From contig CAYLTE010000003.1 in the NCBI GenBank assembly GCA_964386195.1, positions 99 through 64,098 on the forward strand: DNA of 64,000 bases, given 5' to 3'. Shown in pieces: positions 24,523 to 32,797 of this stretch (its first letter is position 1; each line of letters opens with the position of its first letter). The position numbers and the translations under genes are program-made. Below the pieces are notes generated by a model that saw only the letters and a list, made by a program, of their open reading frames with translations, was not told the DNA's origin and did not search any database. The DNA comes from an uncultured Burkholderiales bacterium (lineage in GTDB: Bacteria; Pseudomonadota; Gammaproteobacteria; Burkholderiales; SHXO01).

Positions 24523-25134
24523 CTACCCTTTGCCCGCTAGCGCGCGCAGTGCGTCCCGGGCGATGCGCCATTGTCCCAGAGGCTGCAGGACGCGGTACGC
24601 GCGTTCACAGGCCATGCAGGACGCGCTGAGCCCATCCCGGCGCCGGGTGACTACCCGGTAGTCACTGGCGGGCTTGACGTGCCAGCAATCGGCGCAGCGC
24701 TTGCCTTGGGCCTTGATCCTTTCCTGCTCTGCCATGCGTGCCTGTTCCCGTTCGAGGATGCGCGCCAGCTTGGCCCGCTGCGCATACTCGGCGGACGTGA
24801 CTTTGACGGGTGCCACAGGTGCTACGCCCTTCGGCCGGCGCCCCTTCCGGCGCCTCAGGCAAGAGTTACAGGTATCGCCCTTGCGTGCTTCGCCCGGGAA
24901 CCATGCGAAGTAACTGGCCGGTCTCGCCTTGTGACACTTGGCGCACTCCCGGGTGTATGGCATGGCGCGCAGTGCCTTGACCCGGGCGTACCGGAGCGCA
25001 GCGCGCATGGCCTGAGTATCCCGGAATGCGCCGGTGATGCAGTAGTCACAGCGCTTGGCGTCATGGGTGTAGCGGGTTAGCGGGCGTGCTAGGCCGCACT
25101 GAATGCAGAGTTTAGCGGGCTTGCGGTAGCGCAT
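24523..25134 (-). CDS. first leftward gene: Cys-rich (multiple CxxC) basic protein
   Basis: GGAGG RBS. CIQCG, CDYC, CAKC, CNSC, CADC and CMAC pairs suggest several zinc ribbons. Confidence 0.7.
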   Translation of the reverse strand: MRYRKPAKLCIQCGLARPLTRYTHDAKRCDYCITGAFRDTQAMRAALRYARVKALRAMPYTRECAKCHKARPASYFAWFPGEARKGDTCNSCLRRRKGRRPKGVAPVAPVKVTSAEYAQRAKLARILEREQARMAEQERIKAQGKRCADCWHVKPASDYRVVTRRRDGLSASCMACERAYRVLQPLGQWRIARDALRALAGKG

Positions 25135-25154
25135 TGGAGCCTCCGAGAGGGAAA

Positions 25155-25195
25155 ACTATCACGATTTGGGACAGACTATCATCGGGACTATCACG
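25155..25195 (-). promoter_or_regulatory. three direct copies of (C/A)GTGATAGT-like motif facing the leftward operon
   Basis: Plus-strand actatcacg (25155-25163), actatcatc (25175-25183) and actatcacg (25187-25195), 20-60 nt upstream of the leftward start codon. Confidence 0.55.
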
Positions 25196-25435
25196 CTGTT
25201 TCGCGTGTAAGTCATTGAATAGTGAGACATGGAGTTAATAAAACAGTTCGCAGCACTAGGTGCACAGGTTATGAGCGGTTTTTATTATCTGGGAGGGTGG
25301 CAGTCACGCTGGATACAATCGCGCACGCTCGCGCACGCGTACTTCTAAAATGTAATGTATGGTATTCATGATAGATAGCCGTTTTCATATACACATCAAT
25401 GGCTTATCGTAACTCCATGACGATTGTAGGGACAT

Positions 25436-25452
25436 GGATAGTCCCACTATCC
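25436..25452. promoter_or_regulatory. perfect inverted repeat GGATAGT-ccc-ACTATCC (operator-like)
   Basis: Read directly; shares its core with the flanking direct motifs. Confidence 0.6.
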
Positions 25453-25578
25453 GCTGTTAAAACAAGCACTTAGCCCACTCGCCCCTCTGGCGCCCTCGTG
25501 CTGCAGCCTCACTGCGCACCATCGCCACATGTCACGCGGTGAAAACGCGCCGCATTCGCCACACATCGCCGGCCAGAA

Positions 25579-25736
25579 TCGTGATATTCCTCGCACATTC
25601 AATGACTTAGCTGCAGCGCAGTCTCGCTGCGGGACAGCGGTATATCGTGATAATCACTGCAGAATCAACGAGTTACGAGCGTGCTGCAGCGGGACAGGCA
25701 GACAGCGAAACGGCGGGACATTCGATCGGCGGGACG
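25579..25736 (+). repeat. imperfect ~64-bp direct duplication (TCGTGATA ... GCTGCAGCGGGACAG) plus two further GCGGGAC copies
   Basis: TCGTGATA at 25579 and 25645. GCGGGACA at 25629, 25689 and 25713; GCGGGACG at 25729. Palindrome GTGATAATCAC at 25647-25657. Confidence 0.7.
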
Positions 25737-25903
25737 GGGCTTGGGGGGCCAGGCGCGCGGGGTGGCGGTCGTGTTACCCCCGCTCGCAGATCGCAAGCCA
25801 TTTTTACTATCCCGTAAAGAAATTTACAAAAATATTCCGCTATGTAAAGTGATTTACGCCTCAAGGGGTAGCGTAAAATTTTTTACCTTGTCATACTGTT
25901 CTC

Positions 25904-26101
25904 ATGAGTACAATTTTTTTGCTGCCTTCGCCGGACCTTGTTCTTCGGCTTGAGACCCGCGCGCAGATCCGTCGAAATGCGATTACGCGCAAAAGCGTTC
26001 AAGACGGAGCACCGGATCGGATCGCAGATCTGCTTGAGGAAGCGGCAGCCGAGCTCCGCCGTGTGAATGCTATTCTGGAAAAATTAAATCATGCTGCGTG
26101 A
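25904..26101 (+). CDS. hypothetical protein (65 aa), first rightward ORF
   Basis: ORF with no clear SD; short leader if the TAAAAT -10 is used. Confidence 0.45.
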   Translation: MSTIFLLPSPDLVLRLETRAQIRRNAITRKSVQDGAPDRIADLLEEAAAELRRVNAILEKLNHAA

Positions 26102-26315
26102 ACCACTCACGTTTGACAACGCCACTGGGCGAATTATTGATCCCGTAGCCCCCGTGCAAATAGAGGACATCATTGATAAAGGTGCTCCCTCTGCGCGGGC
26201 GGCCGCGGGCTTCGGCCCGACGCGAAAAATGCTGGATACCGCGCCAATCCACACCGCCCCCTGGCTGACGCCGGAATTGGCGGAGCAGGAAATGGCGATC
26301 GGAGGCTTCAAGTGA
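26091..26315 (+). CDS. hypothetical protein (74 aa)
   Basis: Overlaps its neighbours by 11 nt and 4 nt in the operon direction. Confidence 0.55.
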   Translation: MLREPLTFDNATGRIIDPVAPVQIEDIIDKGAPSARAAAGFGPTRKMLDTAPIHTAPWLTPELAEQEMAIGGFK

Positions 26316-26821
26316 GCGAGCCCACAAACGCGCTACCGGAAATCTCCACGCAACGGCAGGCGCAGCGACTGCAGGCGATCCCAGCCGTGTACAAGACCCA
26401 GTACGGTCGGCTCGCGATGGAGCTCGCGCTGAAGCTGGATGAGCCTGCGACAATATTCGCAAAGCACGGGTACGATCAGGACGGCGCACTGGCCCTGCTG
26501 GACACCGCAGAATTCACCGCGCTGCTGGTCAACGCGGAGAAGGAAGTCAAGGAATCCGGGCTGTCGTTCCGCACCAAGGCCCGCGCGATGGCAGAGGATC
26601 TGCTGACGCACGGTTACGAGATCGCGACCGACGATCTGGCCAGCGCCAGTGTGCGCGCGGACCTGATCCAGTGGTTTGCACGCATTGGCGGGCTCGAACC
26701 GCCGAAAGCGGACGGAAAAGATTCGGGTAGCGGCGGCGGGATCAACCTGACGCTGAACTTTGCAGGCGCACCGCCGCAACACGTTGTTGGCGGCGAAACA
26801 TTGACCATTCAAGGAAACTGA
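26312..26821 (+). CDS. possible terminase small subunit (169 aa, GTG start)
   Basis: Position upstream of terminase large, size, helical N-domain and Gly-rich C-tail. No diagnostic motif. Confidence 0.45.
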   Translation: MSEPTNALPEISTQRQAQRLQAIPAVYKTQYGRLAMELALKLDEPATIFAKHGYDQDGALALLDTAEFTALLVNAEKEVKESGLSFRTKARAMAEDLLTHGYEIATDDLASASVRADLIQWFARIGGLEPPKADGKDSGSGGGINLTLNFAGAPPQHVVGGETLTIQGN

Positions 26822-27261
26822 TGAGCTACTTTGTTGACTTCATGCGCGAGAGCAACTGGATCGAGGGCATCAAGCGCCCGCCGACTCAGGAGGAAGTTAC
26901 GGCACTGAAAGATTTCCTCGCAGTGCCGGTCGTGACGGTCGCCGCGCTGCAGGACTTCGTGAAGGTGTGCCAGCCGAACGCGTCCGTGCGCGCGCACCTG
27001 GGCCAGGACGTTCGCGTCGGCAACCACGTCCCGCCGCCCGGTGGCAAGGCCCTGGTCGAGGAGTTCAAGGCGCTGCTGAAGAAGATCAACGCCGGCGCAC
27101 TGAACGCTTACCAGGGGCACTGCGCGTACGAGACGCTTCACCCGTTCACCGACGGCAACGGTCGCTCGGGCCGTGCACTGTGGCTGTGGCAGATGCGCGG
27201 GGACGCGCCGCTCGGGTTCCTGCACACGTTCTACTACCAGACGCTGAGCGCACTGCGATGA
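26821..27261 (+). CDS. minimal Fic-domain protein (146 aa)
   Basis: Canonical Fic motif HPFTDGNGRSGR. N-terminal SNWIEG matches the (S/T)xxxE(G/N) inhibitory-helix motif. Confidence 0.88.
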   Translation: MSYFVDFMRESNWIEGIKRPPTQEEVTALKDFLAVPVVTVAALQDFVKVCQPNASVRAHLGQDVRVGNHVPPPGGKALVEEFKALLKKINAGALNAYQGHCAYETLHPFTDGNGRSGRALWLWQMRGDAPLGFLHTFYYQTLSALR

Positions 27262-27506
27262 GCGCCCGCGTGTTCGTGCATCCGCGGTGCTGCACGCCGC
27301 CTGCTTCGACTGTGTTCGAGAGCACGTTGCTGCAGCACGGGTTCGACCTGAAGCAGGTCATGATCGGCCCGCGGACGCCCGGCGGGAACCGGGAGCTTGT
27401 CCGTCTGGTCGAAGAGGAAGGTGTGAAGCAGGTGTTCGAGCGCATGGACGGCACGCGGTTCGCGCACCGCATGGGGCAGATACACAGTGCGCCGGAGGTG
27501 GCGTGA
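27258..27506 (+). CDS. hypothetical protein (82 aa)
   Basis: ATGA coupling to the Fic stop. Confidence 0.6.
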   Translation: MSARVFVHPRCCTPPASTVFESTLLQHGFDLKQVMIGPRTPGGNRELVRLVEEEGVKQVFERMDGTRFAHRMGQIHSAPEVA

Positions 27507-27685
27507 TGACGATATGGAGCACCGACACAGGCCCCGCGCCGGGCGTTGACAAAGTACGGCACGGCGAGTTGCCTGCGCCAGTGTTTCCGCTCCGGCCCCT
27601 AATGTGCGCGGAGTGCCAGGCAAAGCTTGCTCGCGGAGAGTCTGCGATATGCGGATGCGTGCTGTCGCAGCCGGTGATTTCATGA
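27506..27685 (+). CDS. hypothetical protein (59 aa) with CxxC...CGC
   Basis: TGATG coupling; contains MCAECQAKLARGESAICGC. Confidence 0.5.
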   Translation: MTIWSTDTGPAPGVDKVRHGELPAPVFPLRPLMCAECQAKLARGESAICGCVLSQPVIS

Positions 27686-27891
27686 TCCCTGATACCGGCA
27701 TCCGCAGCGCACGCTGGGTCATGCGCAGCCTGAACGGCTCACTGTGGGCCACGCGGGATCGCTACACCACCGCGCAGGTGCGGAAGTTCCAGCTTGCGAC
27801 ACCGGTGCGCCCGATCGAGGGCATCGCAGCGCACATCGTGAAGTCTGGCACGCTGAGCGCGGCCGACAAGTACGGACTGGGCCTAGCATGA
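27682..27891 (+). CDS. hypothetical protein (69 aa)
   Basis: ATGA coupling at both ends. Confidence 0.55.
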   Translation: MIPDTGIRSARWVMRSLNGSLWATRDRYTTAQVRKFQLATPVRPIEGIAAHIVKSGTLSAADKYGLGLA

Positions 27892-29375
27892 TCGACATGA
27901 ACATCAGCTTCCCGCCCACTGTGTCCGCGTACATGCAGTCGGACGCGCGGCACCGGTACATCGTCGGGCCGTTCGGCTCGGGCAAGACGGTCGGGAGCAT
28001 CACAGAGTTGATCCGCCGCTGCGCCATGCAGAAGCGATCGACACTAACCGGCAAGCGCAAGAGTCGCTGGGCCGTGGTGCGCAACACCATGCCGGAGCTT
28101 CGCGAAACGACGATGAAGTCGTTCTTCGACTGGTTCCCGGATGGTTCGATCGGGCGGTACATGAGCACGACGAAGACCTACCACGTGAACCAGGGCGACA
28201 TCGAAGCCGAGATCGTGTTCTGCGCGTTGGACGATGAGCGCGACGTGAAGAAGCTCCTGGGTATGGAGCTTACCGGCGCGAACCTGGCCGAGTTCCGCGA
28301 GATCCCCCGCGCGATCGTGGAGACGCTGGACGGCCGCCTCGGGCGGTACCCACGGATCACCGAGGGCGGCCCCTCCTGGGTCGGCATGTGGGGGGACTCG
28401 AACATGCCGGAGGAAGAGTCGTACTGGTGGGCGAAGATGGAAGGGCGGAACCCGGACGACATCAAGAGCGCGATGCCGAACGACTGGGCGATATTCAAGC
28501 AGCCCGCGGCGATGATCCGACACGGTGCGAACACAGCCACGACCCGTGCAACGTACACGCTGAACCCGCTCGCGGAGAACCTGGCGAACCTGCCGGCGGA
28601 CTACTATCCGAACCTCGTCAAGGACAAGAACGACGACTTCATCCGTGTCAACGTGCTGATGGAGTACGGGCGCACCAAGGGCGGCAAGCCGGTGCACCCC
28701 GAGTTCGATCGCTCGATCCATGTGGCGCCACGAGTGATCGTGCCCAACCCGGAGCTTGTGCTGCTGTTGTGCGCGGACTTCGGACTGACCCCCGCCATGG
28801 CGCTGAAGCAGCAGGACGCGTTCGGGCGGGTGCTGACCCTGGACGACATCGCGTGCTTCGACATGGGGATCGAGAAGGCGCTGGACCTCAAGATGATTCC
28901 GCTGCTGAAGAAGAAGTACGAGGGCTACGAGATCGTCGTCACGGGCGACCCGTCCGGCGAGAGGCGCTCGGACAGCGATGAAACTACGTGTGTTGACATT
29001 TTCAAGTCCCGTGCGTACAAGAAGTACTTTCGCAAGGTGCGCATGGCTTCGACCAACGCGGCACTCGCGCGCCGGGAGGCGACAGATCACTTCCTGACTC
29101 CGCGGCCGGCAGCGTATCTCGTGAGTCCGAACTGCGAGGCGACCATCGCCGCGCTGGGCGGGAAGTTCATGTACAAGAAGCACAAAGATGGCCGACACTC
29201 GGAAGAGATCGACAAGAACGATGAGTCGCACATCGGCGAGGCCAACGAGTACGGAGACCTGTACTTCAAGGAGGGGCGTCGTAGGAAGGCGGAGCAGCGC
29301 CCGGACCAGTTGAACTGGGAAGAAGCATACCGGGCACAACGCACCACGGGCAACCACTACGCGCAACCGCGCTGA
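27888..29375 (+). CDS. terL: terminase large subunit
   Basis: Walker A GPFGSGKT and Walker B-like VFCALDDE, with C-terminal nuclease-like acidic motifs. Immediately upstream of the portal gene. Confidence 0.88.
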   Translation: MIDMNISFPPTVSAYMQSDARHRYIVGPFGSGKTVGSITELIRRCAMQKRSTLTGKRKSRWAVVRNTMPELRETTMKSFFDWFPDGSIGRYMSTTKTYHVNQGDIEAEIVFCALDDERDVKKLLGMELTGANLAEFREIPRAIVETLDGRLGRYPRITEGGPSWVGMWGDSNMPEEESYWWAKMEGRNPDDIKSAMPNDWAIFKQPAAMIRHGANTATTRATYTLNPLAENLANLPADYYPNLVKDKNDDFIRVNVLMEYGRTKGGKPVHPEFDRSIHVAPRVIVPNPELVLLLCADFGLTPAMALKQQDAFGRVLTLDDIACFDMGIEKALDLKMIPLLKKKYEGYEIVVTGDPSGERRSDSDETTCVDIFKSRAYKKYFRKVRMASTNAALARREATDHFLTPRPAAYLVSPNCEATIAALGGKFMYKKHKDGRHSEEIDKNDESHIGEANEYGDLYFKEGRRRKAEQRPDQLNWEEAYRAQRTTGNHYAQPR

Positions 29376-29385
29376 AGGATGAAAG

Positions 29386-31431
29386 ATGGCTGATACGGTA
29401 CCTGAACTGAACGAAGAGCAGATGAAGAGTCTTGGGCATCGCTTGCAGTCGCTGTTCCTCGTGCACAAGACTGATCGAAAGGCCGCGGAAGAAAAATGGC
29501 TGAAGAACATGCGCCAGTTCCGCGGGATCTACGATCCGGATGTTGTGATACCGGCGGACTGCTCCAAGGCGTACCCGAAACTCACCCGCCGGGTGGTGAT
29601 CGGCACGATGGCCCGCCTGATGCAGATGCTATGGCCGCAGACCGAGAAGAACTATAGTGTGCAGCCTTCGCCGATGCCGTCGCTCAGCACGGAGCAGTTG
29701 CAGGAAGTTCTGGACGCCCTCGTCGCGCAGAAGGCAGAGGAGCAGCAGATCGACCCGAAGGATGTCGTGTGCACGGATGAGGAGATCGAGAAGGCCATCG
29801 TGGAGTACGCGAAGGGCAAGGCCGAACGCATGGAGTTGAAGATCGATGATGATCTGCAGGAGATGGGGATCATCACGATCGCGCGCCGGGTGGTGTTCTC
29901 GGCAGTGCTGTACAACCTGGGTATCATGATTGGCCCGCTCAACAAAGAGGTCAAGGCCCGCACGTGGACCAAGAACCCGAACACCGGCAAGTATGAGGCG
30001 AAGGAGGTCACGCAGTACAAGCCACTGTACGAGTTCCAGCCGGTATGGGAGCACTATCCCGACATGACTGCGAAGTCACTGGATAAGCAGTCCGGCGCGT
30101 TCGATCGGCACTGCATGACGCGCTCCATGGTGGAAGAACTTGCAGACCGTCCGGACTTCATGGGTGATCGCGTCCGCGCATGGTTGCGTACACACCTCAC
30201 GGGAAACTACCAGCCGCTGTGGTGGGAGACTGAGATCAAGGGTGAGCCCAAGAGCGACAAGACTACCGTGCAAAACGAAGCAGGTCGCAAGTACGAGGTA
30301 CTGTCGTACTGGGGCGAGGTTACCGGCCATGAGCTTGCCGCTTGCGGCGTGACGATCGCGGCTGCGGACCTGGGCCGGACATTCTGGGGGAACGTCTGGC
30401 TGATCGATAGCACGGTCATTAAGTGCAAACTTGCTCCGATAGGGCAGGATGTCAAGCAGCACCATTACTTCGTGTTCGAGGAAGATGATCTGTCGATCCT
30501 CGGCAACGGCCAGTGCGACACGATGCGTGACTCGCAGATCTCCTTGTGCGAGACCACACGCGCAGGCCAGGACAACTTGAGCGTCATTGGTCCGATGGTT
30601 GAGGTCAATGATGATCTGCTGACTCCCGGGCAGGACACGAAGATTCGCAAGCACAAGACGTTCCATCGGGAAGACACGGGTGCCAGCGCCGCATATCCGG
30701 CGGTGCGGGACATCAGCGTGAACAGCCACCTGACGGACATTCTTGCCTGGCGCGCCGCGCTGCTGGACTTCGCGAACCAAGAGTCCGGACTCCCCCCGCA
30801 GTCGATGGGGGATGTGTCACAGGGTGGCTCGGAAGCACTGCGCACGCAGGCGAACGCCAGCATGTTCCTTGGGGCCGCGGCGCTGCCGGTGCGGGATACG
30901 GTGCGGAACTACGACTCATTCACGGTTTCGTACATTTCCGCACTGGTGAAGTGGAACAAGAAGTTCGCGCCCAACCCCAGCCGCGACGGGGACTATCACA
31001 CCATCGCCCGCGGCTCCACCAGCTTGATCGCGAAAGAAGTCCTGGGCGCATCGCTTGACCTCCTGCGGCAAACGCTGTCGGAAGACGAACTGCCGCACAT
31101 CAAGTCGCGCAAGCTGCTTATCGCGCGCCTGAAGGCTCGCGACATTCCGGTGGATGAACTGTTGGAGGATGAGGAAAAGGCGAACCAGACTATCGCGCGG
31201 AACGCTGAGGTACAGCAACGCGCGCAGGCCCTGCAGGAGTCGGAGGTCGAGGCCAAGGTTCGAGGCGTGCTGTCGAAGGCCGTGCGTGACATCGCGGCGG
31301 CTCGCAAAGATGACGCTTCGATCAGCCAAGGTGCCGCGCAGCTTCTGCTGGAAGCGCTGGAGCAGGGCGATGCAAACCGGATAAAAGAGATCGCAGCAAC
31401 CAAGACGGAGGCCGCAAGTGGCAATAGTTAA
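29386..31431 (+). CDS. portal protein
   Basis: 681 aa, directly after the terminase; N-terminal ...KWLKNMRQFRGIYDP... is typical of portals; acidic C-terminus. Confidence 0.85.
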   Translation: MADTVPELNEEQMKSLGHRLQSLFLVHKTDRKAAEEKWLKNMRQFRGIYDPDVVIPADCSKAYPKLTRRVVIGTMARLMQMLWPQTEKNYSVQPSPMPSLSTEQLQEVLDALVAQKAEEQQIDPKDVVCTDEEIEKAIVEYAKGKAERMELKIDDDLQEMGIITIARRVVFSAVLYNLGIMIGPLNKEVKARTWTKNPNTGKYEAKEVTQYKPLYEFQPVWEHYPDMTAKSLDKQSGAFDRHCMTRSMVEELADRPDFMGDRVRAWLRTHLTGNYQPLWWETEIKGEPKSDKTTVQNEAGRKYEVLSYWGEVTGHELAACGVTIAAADLGRTFWGNVWLIDSTVIKCKLAPIGQDVKQHHYFVFEEDDLSILGNGQCDTMRDSQISLCETTRAGQDNLSVIGPMVEVNDDLLTPGQDTKIRKHKTFHREDTGASAAYPAVRDISVNSHLTDILAWRAALLDFANQESGLPPQSMGDVSQGGSEALRTQANASMFLGAAALPVRDTVRNYDSFTVSYISALVKWNKKFAPNPSRDGDYHTIARGSTSLIAKEVLGASLDLLRQTLSEDELPHIKSRKLLIARLKARDIPVDELLEDEEKANQTIARNAEVQQRAQALQESEVEAKVRGVLSKAVRDIAAARKDDASISQGAAQLLLEALEQGDANRIKEIAATKTEAASGNS

Positions 31432-31657
31432 GCAAGAGCAGTACGAGTGCGAGGTGGCGATCTTCGCCCACCGCCACGAAGCCTCGGCCGTGAAGTGGCG
31501 GCAGTGGCTGCTGGCGTACCAGGCAGATCTCAACAGCAAGTGGCCGGACGCCACGGGTGACGATCTGATGAAACTGCAGGGCGAAGCAAAACTGATCCAG
31601 CGCCAGTTGAAGATGCTGGAAAAAGGTCCGACGATTAAACAGGAGGCAGTGCAATGA
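31418..31657 (+). CDS. hypothetical head-module protein (79 aa, GTG start)
   Basis: GGAGG RBS; lies between portal and scaffold. Confidence 0.6.
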   Translation: MAIVKQEQYECEVAIFAHRHEASAVKWRQWLLAYQADLNSKWPDATGDDLMKLQGEAKLIQRQLKMLEKGPTIKQEAVQ

Positions 31658-32703
31658 CCCAGGCAACAGAAGTGACCGAGCAGGATTTTGACAAGGCGTT
31701 TGCGGAAGCCGCGACTACCGCGGAGACCTCCGTACAGGCAGCGCCGGCCGACACGAAAACCGTAGCGGATACGACGGCTACTGAAGAGAAGCCTGCCCCG
31801 GCTTCAACGGAAGAAACAGCAGAAGCCAAGGCCGCCCGAGAGGCGACAGAAAAGGCTGCGGCAGACGCCGAGGCCAAGGCGGCTGAAGAGGCGCGCGTCG
31901 CTGCGCTTACTCCGGAGCAGCGGGCGGAGGAGACTGCCAAGGCGGAGGCCGAGGCGAAAGCGGCGGCGGATGCTAAAGCTGCGCAGGAGCGGATTCAGGC
32001 GCAGGCGGAGGCTGAAGCAAAGGCGCGCCAGGAGGCCGAGGCGAAAGCCGCCGCTGATAAAAAAGCGGAGGAGGACAAGGCGCGCCAGGAGGCCCTCGAT
32101 AAAGAGTTGGCGCCCTACCAGCCGAGCGAGGAGGAAGCCAAGGCGCTTGAGAACTTCAAGAAAGAGTGGCCGGAACAGGCCGCCGCGCTGGAAGCCCGTC
32201 TGAAGGCAGCGGACCAGGACACCAAGAAAAAGATTCATGCCGCTGTTGCCGCGGCGCTGAAGGAGGTCGCCCCTCGCGTTGCCGCGGTAGAGGAGATTGC
32301 CCTGAAGCAGGCGCAGGAAGCGCACCTGGCCGCTATCCGCAAGGCGCACACCGACTTCGATACGCTGGTGGACAAGATCCCCGACTGGATCAAGACACAG
32401 CCGGCCATGTTGCAGCCGACGCTGCAGAAGGCATACGAGGAAGGCGATACGCAGAGCGTGATTGATTTGTTCACTCTCTATAAGTCGTCGGTCAAACCGG
32501 CGGCTTCCAGCGGCGAGACTGCTGCAGAACAAGCTGCACGTGAAGCGAAGGAGGCGGAAGAGAAGAAGGCCCGCGAAGATGCCGCTTCGCTCGCGCCGGT
32601 GAAGTCCACGCGCACGGTTGTCGGCCCGAAGGGGTCAAAAGACCCGAACGACTTTGATGGTGCATTTGCCGAGGCCGCAGCGGAAGTCGAGGGTAAAAAG
32701 TAG
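31654..32703 (+). CDS. scaffolding protein
   Basis: AGGAGG RBS; Ala/Glu/Lys-rich low-complexity helical protein between portal and capsid genes. Confidence 0.75.
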   Translation: MTQATEVTEQDFDKAFAEAATTAETSVQAAPADTKTVADTTATEEKPAPASTEETAEAKAAREATEKAAADAEAKAAEEARVAALTPEQRAEETAKAEAEAKAAADAKAAQERIQAQAEAEAKARQEAEAKAAADKKAEEDKARQEALDKELAPYQPSEEEAKALENFKKEWPEQAAALEARLKAADQDTKKKIHAAVAAALKEVAPRVAAVEEIALKQAQEAHLAAIRKAHTDFDTLVDKIPDWIKTQPAMLQPTLQKAYEEGDTQSVIDLFTLYKSSVKPAASSGETAAEQAAREAKEAEEKKAREDAASLAPVKSTRTVVGPKGSKDPNDFDGAFAEAAAEVEGKK

Positions 32704-32720
32704 TTGTGGGTAGCGCGGAT

Positions 32721-32768
32721 GCGATGTCGTGTGGCATGATTGATATACGATCATGAATACGACATCGC
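32721..32768 (+). other. compound stem-loop in the scaffold-downstream gap
   Basis: Outer 10-bp stem GCGATGTCGT/ACGACATCGC and inner 6-bp stem CATGAT/ATCATG around a 9-nt AT-rich loop. Confidence 0.7.
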
Positions 32769-32797
32769 CTTCGGGCGCAACCAAGGAATAACACGCG

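Larger units (their letters stand above)
25135..25903. promoter_or_regulatory. divergent early/late control region (AT-richer, motif-dense, no convincing CDS)
   Basis: Lies between the two diverging operons. Carries multiple copies of ACTATC/GATAGT and CGTGATA motifs, GCGGGAC(A/G) x4, and a candidate -10 TAAAAT at 25874-25879 upstream of the first rightward ATG. Confidence 0.7.

Noticed and set aside
25529-25852. 107-aa ORF (plus strand), a 63-aa ORF (minus strand) and a 39-aa ORF at 25229-25348 inside the control region.
   Set aside because: None has a convincing RBS. The 107-aa product is Arg/Gly-rich and shadow-like and spans the repeat boxes. The 39-aa ORF has only a weak GTGAGA upstream. 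I treat the region as non-coding, but a small regulator cannot be excluded.
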